A stretch of DNA of 64,000 bases from Macrostomum lignano (GCA_002269645.1 NIVC01000102.1:267950-331949), one strand, 5' to 3'; positions 25,806-40,749 are shown, numbered from the stretch's first letter. The notes: a model not told the origin generated them from the sequence alone. Program-made: numbers and translations.

Positions 25806-28800
25806 GAAACTCGTGCTCAGATTCCAGTGAAACTCGTGCTCAGATTCCAGTGAAACTCGTGCTCAGATTCCAGTGAAACTCGTGCTCAGATTCCAGTGAA
25901 ACTCGTGCTCAGATTCCAATGAAACTCGTGCTCAGATTCCAGTGAAACTCGTGCTCAGATTACAATGAAACTCGTGCTCAGATTCCAGTGAAACTCGTGC
26001 TCAGATTCCAGAGTGAAACTCGTGCTCAGATTCCAGTGAAACTCGTGCTCAGATTACAATGAAACTCGTGCTCAGATTACAATGAAACTGGTGCTCAGAT
26101 TCCAATGAAACTCGTGCTCAGATTCCAGTGAAACTCGTGCTCAGATTCCAGAGTGAAACTCGTGCTCAGATTCCAGTGAAACTCGTGCTCAGATTACAAT
26201 GAAACTCGTGCTCAGATTCCAGTGAAACTCGTGCTTAGATTCCAGTGAAACTCGTGCTCAGATTACAATGAAACTCGTGCTCAGATTCCAGTGAAACTCG
26301 TGCTCAGATTCCAGTGAAACTCGTGCTCAGATTCCAGTGAAACTCGTGCTCAGATTCCAGAGTGAAACTCGTGCTCAGATTACAATGAAACTCGTGCTCA
26401 GATTACAATGAAACTGGTGCTCAGATTCCAATGAAACTCGTGCTCAGATTCCAGTGAAACTCGTGCTCAGATTCCAGTGAAACTCGTGCTCAGATTCCAG
26501 AGTGAAACTCGTGCTCAGATTCCAGTGAAACTCGTGCTCAGATTACAATGAAACTCGTGCTCAGATTCCAGGGAAACTCGTGCTCAGATTACAATGAAAC
26601 TCGTGCTCAGATTACAATGAAACTCGTGCTCAGATTCCAGTGAAACTCGTGCTCAGATTACAATGAAACTCGTGCTCAGATTCCAGTGAAACTCGTGCTC
26701 AGATTCCAGTGAAACTCGTGCTCAGATTCCAGTGAAACTCGTGCTCAGATTCCAGTGAAACTCGTGCTCAGATTTCAGTGAAACTCGTGCTCAGATTCCA
26801 GTGAAACTCGTGCTCAGATTCCAGTGAAACTCGTGCTCAGATTCCAATGAAACTCGTGCTCAGATTCCAGTGAAACTGGTGCTCAGATTCCAGTGAAACT
26901 CGTGCTCAGATTCCAGTGAAACTCGTGCTCAGATTCCAGTGAAACTCGTGCTCAGATTCCAATGAAACTGGTGCTCAGATTCCAGTGAAACTGGTGCTCA
27001 GATTCCAATGAAACTCGTGCTCAGATTCCAGTGAAACTGGTGCTCAGATTCCAGTGAAACTGGTGCTCAGATTCCAGTGAAACTCGTGCTCAGATTACAA
27101 TGAAACTCGTGCTCAGATTCCAGTGAAACTCGTGCTCAGATTACAATGAAACTCGTGCTCAGATTCCAGTGAAACTCGTGCTCAGATTACAATGAAACTC
27201 GTGCTCAGATTCCAGTGAAACTCGTGCTCAGATTCCAGTGAAACTCGTGCTCAGATTCCAGTGAAACTCGTGCTCAGATTCCAGTGAAACTCGTGCTCAG
27301 ATTCCAGTGAAACTCGTGCTCAGATTCCAATGAAACTGGTGCTCAGATTCCAATGAAACTCGTGCTCAGATTCCAGTGAAACTCGTGCTCAGATTCCAAT
27401 GAAACTCGTGCTCAGATTCCAGTGAAACTCGTGCTCAGATTCCAGAGTGAAACTCGTGCTCAGATTCCAGTGAAACTCGTGCTCAGATTCCAATGAAACT
27501 GGTGCTCAGATTCCAATGAAACTGGTGCTCAGATTCCAATGAAACTGGTGCTCAGATTCCAATGAAACTCGTGCTCAGATTCCAGTGAAACTCGTGCTCA
27601 GATTCCAGTGAAACTCGTGCTCAGATTCCAGTGAAACTCGTGCTCAGATTCCAGAGTGAAACTCGTGCTCAGATTACAATGAAACTCGTGCTCAGATTAC
27701 AATGAAACTCGTGCTCAGATTCCAGTGAAACTCGTGCTCAGATTCCAGTGAAACTCGTGCTCAGATTCCAGAGTGAAACTCGTGCTCAGATTCCAGTGAA
27801 ACTCGTGCTCAGATTACAATGAAACTCGTGCTCAGATTACAATGAAACTGGTGCTCAGATTCCAATGAAACTCGTGCTCAGATTCCAGTGAAACTCGTGC
27901 TCAGATTCCAGTGAAACTCGTGCTCAGATTCCAGTGAAACTCGTGCTCAGATTCCAGTGAAACTCGTGCTCAGATTCCAGTGAAACTCGTGCTCAGATTC
28001 CAGTGAAACTCGTGCTCAGATTACAATGAAACTCGTGCTCAGATTCCAGTGAAACTCGTGCTCAGATTCCAGTGAAACTCGTGCTCAGATTCCAGTGAAA
28101 CTCGTGCTCAGATTCCAGTGAAACTCGTGCTCAGATTCCAGTGAAACTCGTGCTCAGATTACAATGAAACTCGTGCTCAGATTACAATGAAACTGGTGCT
28201 CAGATTCCAATGAAACTCGTGCTCAGATTCCAGTGAAACTCGTGCTCAGATTCCAGTGAAACTCGTGCTCAGATTCCAGTGAAACTCGTGCTCAGATTCC
28301 AGTGAAACTCGTGCTCAGATTACAATGAAACTCGTGCTCAGATTCCAGTGAAACTCGTGCTCAGATTACAATGAAACTCGTGCTCAGATTCCAATGAAAC
28401 TCGTGCTCAGATTCCAGTGAAACTCGTGCTCAGATTCCAGTGAAACTCGTGCTCAGATTCCAGTGAAACTCGTGCTCAGATTCCAGTGAAACTCGTGCTC
28501 AGATTCCAGTGAAACTCGTGCTCAGATTACAATGAAACTCGTGCTCAGATTCCAGTGAAACTCGTGCTCAGATTCCAGTGAAACTCGTGCTCAGATTCCA
28601 GTGAAACTCGTGCTCAGATTCCAGTGAAACTCGTGCTCAGATTCCAGTGAAACTCGTGCTCAGATTACAATGAAACTCGTGCTCAGATTACAATGAAACT
28701 CGTGCTCAGATTCCAATGAAACTCGTGCTCAGATTCCAGTGAAACTCGTGCTCAGATTCCAGTGAAACTCGTGCTCAGATTCCAATGAAACTCGTGCTCA

Positions 28801-31800
28801 GATTCCAGTGAAACTCGTGCTCAGATTCCAGTGAAACTCGTGCTCAGATTCCAATGAAACTCGTGCTCAGATTCCAGTGAAACTCGTGCTCAGATTCCAA
28901 TGAAACTCGTGCTCAGATTCCAGTGAAACTCGTGCTCAGATTCCAGTGAAACTCGTGCTCAGATTCCAGTGAAACTCGTGCTCAGATTCCAGTGAAACTC
29001 GTGCTCAGATTCCAGTGAAACTCGTGCTCAGATTCCAGTGAAACTCGTGCTCAGATTCCAGTGAAACTCGTGCTCAGATTCCAGTGAAACTCGTGCTCAG
29101 ATTCCAGTGAAACTCGTGCTCAGATTCCAGTGAAACTCGTGCTCAGATTCCAGTGAAACTCGTGCTCAGATTCCAGTGAAACTCGTGCTCAGATTCCAGT
29201 GAAACTCGTGCTCAGATTCCAGTGAAACTCGTGCTCAGATTCCAGTGAAACTCGTGCTCAGATTCCAATGAAACTCGTGCTCAGATTCCAGTGAAACTCG
29301 TGCTCAGATTCCAATGAAACTCGTGCTCAGATTCCAGTGAAACTCGTGCTCAGATTCCAGTGAAACTCGTGCTCAGATTCCAGTGAAACTCGTGCTCAGA
29401 TTCCAGTGAAACTCGTGCTCAGATTCCAGTGAAACTCGTGCTCAGATTCCAGTGAAACTCGTGCTCAGATTCCAGTGAAACTCGTGCTCAGATTCCAATG
29501 AAACTCGTGCTCAGATTCCAGTGAAACTCGTGCTCAGATTCCAGTGAAACTCGTGCTCAGATTCCAGTGAAACTCGTGCTCAGATTCCAGTGAAACTCGT
29601 GCTCAGATTCCAGTGAAACTCGTGCTCAGATTCCAATGAAACTCGTGCTCAGATTCCAATGAAACTCGTGCTCAGATTCCAGTGAAACTCGTGCTCAGAT
29701 TCCAATGAAACTCGTGCTCAGATTCCAGTGAAACTCGTGCTCAGATTCCAGTGAAACTCGTGCTCAGATTCCAGTGAAACTCGTGCTCAGATTCCAATGA
29801 AACTCGTGCTCAGATTCCAATGAAACTCGTGCTCAGATTCCAATGAAACTCGTGCTCAGATTCCAGTGAAACTCGTGCTCAGATTCCAGTGAAACTCGTG
29901 CTCAGATTCCAGTGAAACTCGTGCTCAGATTCCAGTGAAACTCGTGCTCAGATTCCAATGAAACTCGTGCTCAGATTCAATGAAACTCGTGCTCAGATTC
30001 CAATGAAACTCGTGCTCAGATTCCAGTGAAACTCGTGCTCAGATTCCAGTGAAACTCGTGCTCAGATTCCAGTGAAACTCGTGCTCAGATTCCAGTGAAA
30101 CTCGTGCTCAGATTCAATGAAACTCGTGCTCAGATTCCAGTGAAACTCGTGCTCAGATTCCAATGAAACTCGTGCTCAGATTCCAGTGAAACTCGTGCTC
30201 AGATTCCAGTGAAACTCGTGCTCAGATTCCAGTGAAACTCGTGCTCAGATTCCAGTGAAACTCGTGCTCAGATTCCAGTGAAACTCGTGCTCAGATTCCA
30301 GTGAAACTCGTGCTCAGATTCCAATGAAACTCGTGCTCAGATTCCAGTGAAACTCGTGCTCAGATTCCAGTGAAACTCGTGCTCAGATTCCAGTGAAACT
30401 CGTGCTCAGATTCCAGTGAAACTCGTGCTCAGATTCCAGTGAAACTCGTGCTCAGATTACAATGAAACTCGTGCTCAGATTCCAATGAAACTCGTGCTCA
30501 GATTCCAGTGAAACTCGTGCTCAGATTCCAGTGAAACTCGTGCTCAGATTCCAGTGAAACTCGTGCTCAGATTCCAGTGAAACTCGTGCTCAGATTCCAG
30601 TGAAACTCGTGCTCAGATTCCAATGAAACTCGTGCTCAGATTCCAATGAAACTCGTGCTCAGATTACAATGAAACTCGTGCTCAGATTCCAGTGAAACTC
30701 GTGCTCAGATTCCAGTGAAACTCGTGCTCAGATTCCAGTGAAACTCGTGCTCAGATTCCAGTGAAACTCGTGCTCAGATTCCAGTGAAACTCGTGCTCAG
30801 ATTCCAGTGAAACTCGTGCTCAGATTCCAGTGAAACTCGTGCTCAGATTCCAGTGAAACTCGTGCTCAGATTCCAGTGAAACTCGTGCTCAGATTCCAGT
30901 GAAACTCGTGCTCAGATTCCAGTGAAACTCGTGCTCAGATTCCAGTGAAACTCGTGCTCAGATTCAATGAAACTCGTGCTCAGATTCCAATGAAACTCGT
31001 GCTCAGATTCCAGTGAAACTCGTGCTCAGATTCCAGTGAAACTCGTGCTCAGATTCCAGTGAAACTCGTGCTCAGATTCCAGTGAAACTCGTGCTCAGAT
31101 TCCAGTGAAACTCGTGCTCAGATTCCAGTGAAACTCGTGCTCAGATTCCAGTGAAACTCGTGCTCAGATTCCAGTGAAACTCGTGCTCAGATTCCAGTGA
31201 AACTCGTGCTCAGATTCCAGTGAAACTCGTGCTCAGATTCCAGTGAAACTCGTGCTCAGATTCCAGTGAAACTCGTGCTCAGATTCCAGTGAAACTCGTG
31301 CTCAGATTACAATGAAACTCGTGCTCAGATTCCAATGAAACTCGTGCTCAGATTCCAGTGAAACTCGTGCTCAGATTCCAGTGAAACTCGTGCTCAGATT
31401 CCAGTGAAACTCGTGCTCAGATTCCAGTGAAACTCGTGCTCAGATTCCAGTGAAACTCGTGCTCAGATTCCAGTGAAACTCGTGCTCAGATTCCAGTGAA
31501 ACTCGTGCTCAGATTCAATGAAACTCGTGCTCAGATTCCAATGAAACTCGTGCTCAGATTCCAATGAAACTCGTGCTCAGATTCCAGTGAAACTCGTGCT
31601 CAGATTCCAGTGAAACTCGTGCTCAGATTCCAGTGAAACTCGTGCTCAGATTCCAGTGAAACTCGTGCTCAGATTCCAGTGAAACTCGTGCTCAGATTCC
31701 AATGAAACTCGTGCTCAGATTCCAGTGAAACTCGTGCTCAGATTCCAATGAAACTCGTGCTCAGATTCCAGTGAAACTCGTGCTCAGATTCCAGTGAAAC

Positions 31801-34800
31801 TCGTGCTCAGATTCCAGTGAAACTCGTGCTCAGATTCCAGTGAAACTCGTGCTCAGATTCCAGTGAAACTCGTGCTCAGATTCCAGTGAAACTCGTGCTC
31901 AGATTCCAGTGAAACTCGTGCTCAGATTCCAGTGAAACTCGTGCTCAGATTCCAGTGAAACTCGTGCTCAGATTCCAGTGAAACTCGTGCTCAGATTCCA
32001 GTGAAACTCGTGCTCAGATTCCAGTGAAACTCGTGCTCAGATTCCAATGAAACTCGTGCTCAGATTCCAGTGAAACTCGTGCTCAGATTCCAGTGAAACT
32101 CGTGCTCAGATTCCAGTGAAACTCGTGCTCAGATTCCAGTGAAACTCGTGCTCAGATTCCAGTGAAACTCGTGCTCAGATTCCAGTGAAACTCGTGCTCA
32201 GATTCCAGTGAAACTCGTGCTCAGATTCCAGTGAAACTCGTGCTCAGATTCCAGTGAAACTCGTGCTCAGATTCCAGTGAAACTCGTGCTCAGATTCCAG
32301 TGAAACTCGTGCTCAGATTCCAGTGAAACTCGTGCTCAGATTCCAGTGAAACTCGTGCTCAGATTCCAGTGAAACTCGTGCTCAGATTCCAATGAAACTC
32401 GTGCTCAGATTCCAATGAAACTCGTGCTCAGATTCCAATGAAACTCGTGCTCAGATTCCAGTGAAACTCGTGCTCAGATTCCAGTGAAACTCGTGCTCAG
32501 ATTCCAGTGAAACTCGTGCTCAGATTCCAGTGAAACTCGTGCTCAGATTCCAGTGAAACTCGTGCTCAGATTCCAGTGAAACTCGTGCTCAGATTCCAGT
32601 GAAACTCGTGCTCAGATTCCAGTGAAACTCGTGCTCAGATTCCAGTGAAACTCGTGCTCAGATTCCAGTGAAACTCGTGCTCAGATTCCAGTGAAACTCG
32701 TGCTCAGATTCCAGTGAAACTCGTGCTCAGATTCCAGTGAAACTCGTGCTCAGATTCCAATGAAACTGGTGCTCAGATTCCAATGAAACTCGTGCTCAGA
32801 TTCCAGTGAAACTCGTGCTCAGATTCCAGTGAAACTCGTGCTCAGATTCCAGTGAAACTCGTGCTCAGATTCCAGTGAAACTCGTGCTCAGATTCCAGTG
32901 AAACTCGTGCTCAGATTCAATGAAACTCGTGCTCAGATTCCAATGAAACTCGTGCTCAGATTCCAGTGAAACTCGTGCTCAGATTCCAGTGAAACTCGTG
33001 CTCAGATTCCAGTGAAACTCGTGCTCAGATTCCAGTGAAACTCGTGCTCAGATTCCAGTGAAACTCGTGCTCAGATTCAATGAAACTCGTGCTCAGATTC
33101 CAGTGAAACTCGTGCTCAGATTCCAGTGAAACTCGTGCTCAGATTCCAGTGAAACTCGTGCTCAGATTCCAGTGAAACTCGTGCTCAGATTCCAGTGAAA
33201 CTCGTGCTCAGATTCCAGTGAAACTCGTGCTCAGATTCCAGTGAAACTCGTGCTCAGATTCCAGTGAAACTCGTGCTCAGATTCCAGTGAAACTCGTGCT
33301 CAGATTCCAGTGAAACTCGTGCTCAGATTCCAGTGAAACTCGTGCTCAGATTCCAGTGAAACTCGTGCTCAGATTCCAGTGAAACTCGTGCTCAGATTCC
33401 AGTGAAACTCGTGCTCAGATTCAATGAAACTCGTGCTCAGATTCCAATGAAACTCGTGCTCAGATTCCAGTGAAACTCGTGCTCAGATTCCAGTGAAACT
33501 CGTGCTCAGATTCCAGTGAAACTCGTGCTCAGATTCCAGTGAAACTCGTGCTCAGATTCCAGTGAAACTCGTGCTCAGATTCCAATGAAACTCGTGCTCA
33601 GATTCCAGTGAAACTCGTGCTCAGATTCCAATGAAACTCGTGCTCAGATTCCAGTGAAACTCGTGCTCAGATTCCAGTGAAACTCGTGCTCAGATTCCAG
33701 TGAAACTCGTGCTCAGATTCCAGTGAAACTCGTGCTCAGATTCCAGTGAAACTCGTGCTCAGATTCCAGTGAAACTCGTGCTCAGATTCCAGTGAAACTC
33801 GTGCTCAGATTCCAGTGAAACTCGTGCTCAGATTCCAGTGAAACTCGTGCTCAGATTCCAGTGAAACTCGTGCTCAGATTCCAGTGAAACTCGTGCTCAG
33901 ATTCCAGTGAAACTCGTGCTCAGATTCCAATGAAACTCGTGCTCAGATTCCAGTGAAACTCGTGCTCAGATTCCAGTGAAACTCGTGCTCAGATTCCAGT
34001 GAAACTCGTGCTCAGATTCCAGTGAAACTCGTGCTCAGATTCCAGTGAAACTCGTGCTCAGATTCCAGTGAAACTCGTGCTCAGATTCCAGTGAAACTCG
34101 TGCTCAGATTCCAATGAAACTCGTGCTCAGATTCCAGTGAAACTCGTGCTCAGATTCCAGTGAAACTCGTGCTCAGATTCCAGTGAAACTCGTGCTCAGA
34201 TTCCAGTGAAACTCGTGCTCAGATTCCAGTGAAACTCGTGCTCAGATTCCAGTGAAACTCGTGCTCAGATTCCAGTGAAACTCGTGCTCAGATTCCAGTG
34301 AAACTCGTGCTCAGATTCCAGTGAAACTCGTGCTCAGATTCCAGTGAAACTCGTGCTCAGATTCCAGTGAAACTCGTGCTCAGATTCCAGTGAAACTCGT
34401 GCTCAGATTCCAGTGAAACTCGTGCTCAGATTACAATGAAACTCGTGCTCAGATTCCAATGAAACTCGTGCTCAGATTCCAATGAAACTCGTGCTCAGAT
34501 TCCAGTGAAACTCGTGCTCAGATTCCAGTGAAACTCGTGCTCAGATTCCAGTGAAACTCGTGCTCAGATTCCAGTGAAACTCGTGCTCAGATTACAATGA
34601 AACTCGTGCTCAGATTCCAATGAAACTCGTGCTCAGATTCCAATGAAACTCGTGCTCAGATTCCAGTGAAACTCGTGCTCAGATTCCAGTGAAACTCGTG
34701 CTCAGATTCCAGTGAAACTCGTGCTCAGATTCCAGTGAAACTCGTGCTCAGATTCAATGAAACTCGTGCTCAGATTCAATGAAACTCGTGCTCAGATTCC

Positions 34801-37800
34801 AATGAAACTCGTGCTCAGATTCCAGTGAAACTCGTGCTCAGATTCCAGTGAAACTCGTGCTCAGATTCCAGTGAAACTCGTGCTCAGATTCCAGTGAAAC
34901 TCGTGCTCAGATTCCAGTGAAACTCGTGCTCAGATTCCAGTGAAACTCGTGCTCAGATTCCAGTGAAACTCGTGCTCAGATTCCAGTGAAACTCGTGCTC
35001 AGATTCCAGTGAAACTCGTGCTCAGATTCCAGTGAAACTCGTGCTCAGATTCCAGTGAAACTCGTGCTCAGATTCCAGTGAAACTCGTGCTCAGATTCAA
35101 TGAAACTCGTGCTCAGATTCCAATGAAACTCGTGCTCAGATTCCAATGAAACTCGTGCTCAGATTCCAGTGAAACTCGTGCTCAGATTCCAGTGAAACTC
35201 GTGCTCAGATTCCAGTGAAACTCGTGCTCAGATTCCAGTGAAACTCGTGCTCAGATTCCAATGAAACTCGTGCTCAGATTCAATGAAACTCGTGCTCAGA
35301 TTCAATGAAACTCGTGCTCAGATTCCAGTGAAACTCGTGCTCAGATTCCAGTGAAACTCGTGCTCAGATTCCAGTGAAACTCGTGCTCAGATTCCAGTGA
35401 AACTCGTGCTCAGATTCCAGTGAAACTCGTGCTCAGATTCCAGTGAAACTCGTGCTCAGATTCCAGTGAAACTCGTGCTCAGATTCCAGTGAAACTCGTG
35501 CTCAGATTCCAGTGAAACTCGTGCTCAGATTCCAGTGAAACTCGTGCTCAGATTCCAGTGAAACTCGTGCTCAGATTCCAGTGAAACTCGTGCTCAGATT
35601 CCAGTGAAACTCGTGCTCAGATTCCAGTGAAACTCGTGCTCAGATTCCAGTGAAACTCGTGCTCAGATTCCAGTGAAACTCGTGCTCAGATTCCAGTGAA
35701 ACTCGTGCTCAGATTCCAGTGAAACTCGTGCTCAGATTCCAGTGAAACTCGTGCTCAGATTCCAGTGAAACTCGTGCTCAGATTCCAGTGAAACTCGTGC
35801 TCAGATTCCAATGAAACTCGTGCTCAGATTCCAGTGAAACTCGTGCTCAGATTCCAGTGAAACTCGTGCTCAGATTCCAATGAAACTCGTGCTCAGATTC
35901 CAGTGAAACTCGTGCTCAGATTCCAGTGAAACTCGTGCTCAGATTCCAGTGAAACTCGTGCTCAGATTCCAGTGAAACTCGTGCTCAGATTCCAGTGAAA
36001 CTCGTGCTCAGATTCCAATGAAACTCGTGCTCAGATTCCAGTGAAACTCGTGCTCAGATTCCAGTGAAACTCGTGCTCAGATTCCAGTGAAACTCGTGCT
36101 CAGATTCCAGTGAAACTCGTGCTCAGATTCCAGTGAAACTCGTGCTCAGATTCCAGTGAAACTCGTGCTCAGATTCCAGTGAAACTCGTGCTCAGATTCC
36201 AATGAAACTCGTGCTCAGATTCCAGTGAAACTCGTGCTCAGATTCCAGTGAAACTCGTGCTCAGATTCCAGTGAAACTCGTGCTCAGATTCCAGTGAAAC
36301 TCGTGCTCAGATTCCAGTGAAACTCGTGCTCAGATTCCAGTGAAACTCGTGCTCAGATTCAATGAAACTCGTGCTCAGATTCCAATGAAACTCGTGCTCA
36401 GATTCCAGTGAAACTCGTGCTCAGATTCCAGTGAAACTCGTGCTCAGATTCCAGTGAAACTCGTGCTCAGATTCCAGTGAAACTCGTGCTCAGATTCCAG
36501 TGAAACTCGTGCTCAGATTCCAGTGAAACTCGTGCTCAGATTCCAATGAAACTCGTGCTCAGATTCCAGTGAAACTCGTGCTCAGATTCCAGTGAAACTC
36601 GTGCTCAGATTCCAGTGAAACTCGTGCTCAGATTCCAGTGAAACTCGTGCTCAGATTCCAGTGAAACTCGTGCTCAGATTCCAGTGAAACTCGTGCTCAG
36701 ATTACAATGAAACTCGTGCTCAGATTCCAATGAAACTCGTGCTCAGATTCCAGTGAAACTCGTGCTCAGATTCCAGTGAAACTCGTGCTCAGATTCCAGT
36801 GAAACTCGTGCTCAGATTCCAGTGAAACTCGTGCTCAGATTCCAGTGAAACTCGTGCTCAGATTACAATGAAACTCGTGCTCAGATTCAATGAAACTCGT
36901 GCTCAGATTCCAGTGAAACTCGTGCTCAGATTCCAGTGAAACTCGTGCTCAGATTCCAGTGAAACTCGTGCTCAGATTCCAGTGAAACTCGTGCTCAGAT
37001 TCCAGTGAAACTCGTGCTCAGATTACAATGAAACTCGTGCTCAGATTCCAATGAAACTCGTGCTCAGATTCCAATGAAACTCGTGCTCAGATTCCAGTGA
37101 AACTCGTGCTCAGATTCCAGTGAAACTCGTGCTCAGATTCCAGTGAAACTCGTGCTCAGATTCCAGTGAAACTCGTGCTCAGATTCCAGTGAAACTCGTG
37201 CTCAGATTCAATGAAACTCGTGCTCAGATTCCAGTGAAACTCGTGCTCAGATTCCAGTGAAACTCGTGCTCAGATTCCAGTGAAACTCGTGCTCAGATTC
37301 CAGTGAAACTCGTGCTCAGATTCCAGTGAAACTCGTGCTCAGATTCCAGTGAAACTCGTGCTCAGATTACAATGAAACTCGTGCTCAGATTCCAATGAAA
37401 CTCGTGCTCAGATTCCAATGAAACTCGTGCTCAGATTCCAGTGAAACTCGTGCTCAGATTCCAGTGAAACTCGTGCTCAGATTCCAGTGAAACTCGTGCT
37501 CAGATTCCAGTGAAACTCGTGCTCAGATTCCAGTGAAACTCGTGCTCAGATTCAATGAAACTCGTGCTCAGATTCAATGAAACTCGTGCTCAGATTCCAG
37601 TGAAACTCGTGCTCAGATTCCAGTGAAACTCGTGCTCAGATTCCAGTGAAACTCGTGCTCAGATTCCAGTGAAACTCGTGCTCAGATTCCAGTGAAACTC
37701 GTGCTCAGATTCCAGTGAAACTCGTGCTCAGATTCCAGTGAAACTCGTGCTCAGATTCCAGTGAAACTCGTGCTCAGATTCCAGTGAAACTCGTGCTCAG

Positions 37801-38921
37801 ATTCCAGTGAAACTCGTGCTCAGATTCCAGTGAAACTCGTGCTCAGATTCCAGTGAAACTCGTGCTCAGATTCCAGTGAAACTCGTGCTCAGATTCCAGT
37901 GAAACTCGTGCTCAGATTCCAGTGAAACTCGTGCTCAGATTCCAGTGAAACTCGTGCTCAGATTCCAGTGAAACTGTGCTCAGATTCCAGTGAAACTCGT
38001 GCTCAGATTCCAGTGAAACTCGTGCTCAGATTCCAGTGAAACTCGTGCTCAGATTCCAGTGAAACTCGTGCTCAGATTCCAGTGAAACTCGTGCTCAGAT
38101 TCCAGTGAAACTCGTGCTCAGATTCCAGTGAAACTCGTGCTCAGATTCCAGTGAAACTCGTGCTCAGATTCCAGTGAAACTCGTGCTCAGATTCCAGTGA
38201 AACTCGTGCTCAGATTCCAGTGAAACTCGTGCTCAGATTCCAGTGAAACTCGTGCTCAGATTCCAGTGAAACTCGTGCTCAGATTCCAGTGAAACTCGTG
38301 CTCAGATTCCAGTGAAACTCGTGCTCAGATTCCAGTGAAACTCGTGCTCAGATTCCAGTGAAACTCGTGCTCAGATTCCAGTGAAACTCGTGCTCAGATT
38401 CCAGTGAAACTCGTGCTCAGATTCCAATGAAACTCGTGCTCAGATTCCAGTGAAACTCGTGCTCAGATTCCAGTGAAACTCGTGCTCAGATTCCAGTGAA
38501 ACTCGTGCTCAGATTCCAGTGAAACTCGTGCTCAGATTCCAGTGAAACTCGTGCTCAGATTCCAGTGAAACTCGTGCTCAGATTCCAGTGAAACTCGTGC
38601 TCAGATTCCAGTGAAACTCGTGCTCAGATTCCAGTGAAACTCGTGCTCAGATTCCAGTGAAACTCGTGCTCAGATTCCAGTGAAACTCGTGCTCAGATTC
38701 CAGTGAAACTGTGCTCAGATTCCAGTGAAACTCGTGCTCAGATTCCAGTGAAACTCGTGCTCAGATTCCAGTGAAACTCGTGCTCAGATTCCAGTGAAAC
38801 TCGTGCTCAGATTCCAGTGAAACTCGTGCTCAGATTCCAGTGAAACTGGTGCTCAGATTCCAGTGAAACTCGTGCTCAGATTCCAGTAAAACTCGTGCTC
38901 AGATTCCAGTAAAACTCGTGC
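25806..38921. repeat. 23-bp satellite (GAAACTCGTGCTCAGATTCCAGT)n, ~13.1 kb
   Basis: Uninterrupted head-to-tail array of roughly 570 units with few variants (ccaat, acaat, ccagagt, ttcaat, ctggtg); no spacers; no ORFs in the track. Confidence 0.98.
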
Positions 38922-39339
38922 CAGTAGAGAAGAATTCGGTCAGCTTTAACCTCTTCCTGCCTAACCAGAATAACCAGAAATATCGCCAAATTTGGTTTGC
39001 TATTCCGAAATTATCGAGAATTTTGAGCAGACAGCTAGCTGCCTCCGCTCATCTTGGACAAACTGCTCTGTAGAAACCAACTGGGCTGGGCAATTCCAAT
39101 GTGCGTTTCGATTTGGACAACGCTTTTCCTGCCAATGCACAGTTACATGTACTCATTGGTGTGAGGGTTATATGCTTTCGTTCCTGTTTCCTCTGTCTGC
39201 CCAGTCAGCCCTCCCAATGTGCGGGAATGACTTTCTTGTGGCGGCAGCGCACACTCGCTTCGACAAGCCCCCATTCTGCTGTGCGTTTTTGTCCTGTGCC
39301 TTGCTGTCTGGCTCTTCTCTCCCAGCCTTCCTTCCAACC

Positions 39340-39570
39340 AGCGTTCGGTACTTCAAGTACCGTGTTTGCTTGCTGCAGAGCCTCCCGTCTGCTTTTGCGA
39401 GTTCCTCCTTCTCTGTGGCCTGCGAGTCTCTGCCTGCCGCTTCCTCAGCAGACTGGCGAGTTCATAATCATAACTGGCGATCGGTGAGTCCTGCTCTGCC
39501 TGAGTCTGCCCTGCTTCAGTCTGCTGGGCTGGCGTTGGAGTGAGCTGTCAATCAGGCTTGCGATTACTCG
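39340..39570 (+). repeat. Upstream block of the duplication unit, probable 5' UTR exon with GTGAGT donor
   Basis: Homologous to ~14690-14880 and ~50290-50500; each contains CATAATCATAACTGGCGAT(C/T)G|GTGAGTCC upstream of an ANK-cGLR gene. Confidence 0.6.
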
Positions 39571-39687
39571 CTGACTAAGTTCTACGAGTTAATAGACTAT
39601 ATTTTGCCTTCCCCCTCCCTTTTTTATCTCTGCTTGCAAGGAATCTCTAGCAATATTGAAAATCCAACACAACACAAAGGGGAAAAT

Positions 39688-39810
39688 GTGCTGGCGCCCC
39701 TGGTGCTGGCGCCCCTGGTGCTGGCGCCCCTGGTGCTGGCGCCCCTGGTGCTAAAGCCCCTGGTGCTAAAGCCCCTGGTGCTGGCGCCCCTGGTGCTAAA
39801 GCCCCTGGTG
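39688..39810. repeat. 15-bp tandem repeat (CTGGCGCCCCTGGTG / CTAAAGCCCCTGGTG)
   Basis: About 8 units. Confidence 0.85.
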
Positions 39811-40749
39811 TAGGTGTGTTCGTGTTTCCATTTTTCCGGGTTCAGGGTAAACCTTGCAATGAATCTCGTGCAGTAAACCCCGAACCGAAACCCAATGCGG
39901 ACCTAACTTTCCCTGAAAGGTGAACGCTACATCTCAGGCTTTCTGTGATGATCTTTTTTTCAAGAGTGACGAATGAAGGGGGGCTGGGAGGGGAGTTACT
40001 CGTCCTGAGGTACCTCTATTAGTCTACATCTTGTTTTCATCTGCAGTCCTAACTCCATAACTCACTATTTCTAGTCATCAGCTAGTAGATAGTATACTGT
40101 ACTGTAGGTAGGTATAGTCATTGGTAGGGTGTTTAGTTTAATTTTATCTCACAACTGCAACACAAGGTCACAAGCTACAACCAGGGGGCCTACAAGCCAA
40201 AACCCTCAGTGTAGGACTACAATTAATTGGCTCCATACGGAATAGAATTAACGGTAACACCATTATATTTAGGTCTAATAAAGGCTGAATGTAACGATAT
40301 GGAATGCCGGTTTGCCGAATGATCCTGTCGAATCGAAGTCAGAAATGTCACGGGACGATGTGCTATTTCCATTGGCATCAGCAATTCATGTGTTCAATAA
40401 AAATTTTTATAAATATAGGGACTTTTTAAATCCACAAGCATAGTCTAGTGGCCAGTCAGAATCCATACATTCAAAGATTTCATCCGTAGAACCCTACATT
40501 TGTAATTGAAAACTTAAATTCAAGCATCATTTCGGTTTTTCAAAGTTTAAATTGTCGCTTTTTTATACTGAAAAAGTGTTACATAACGACATTAGGAGAA
40601 ATTTGTTTTTAAAATAGCTAAAATTTTTTCGTTGAAATCGAAAACCCAAATAAACCCGACCCTAAACCTGAACCCGAACACCTAACCCCAAACTCCAAAC
40701 CCGGTACCAAAACCCGACCCGAAACCCGACTCGACCCTCAGCACCCGTA

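Noticed and set aside
25806-38921. CRISPR array
   Set aside because: Units are head-to-tail with no unique spacers, there are no cas genes, and the context is eukaryotic.
40630-40745. Interstitial telomere
   Set aside because: Degenerate AAACCC(G/T)-like run rather than a TTAGGG array.
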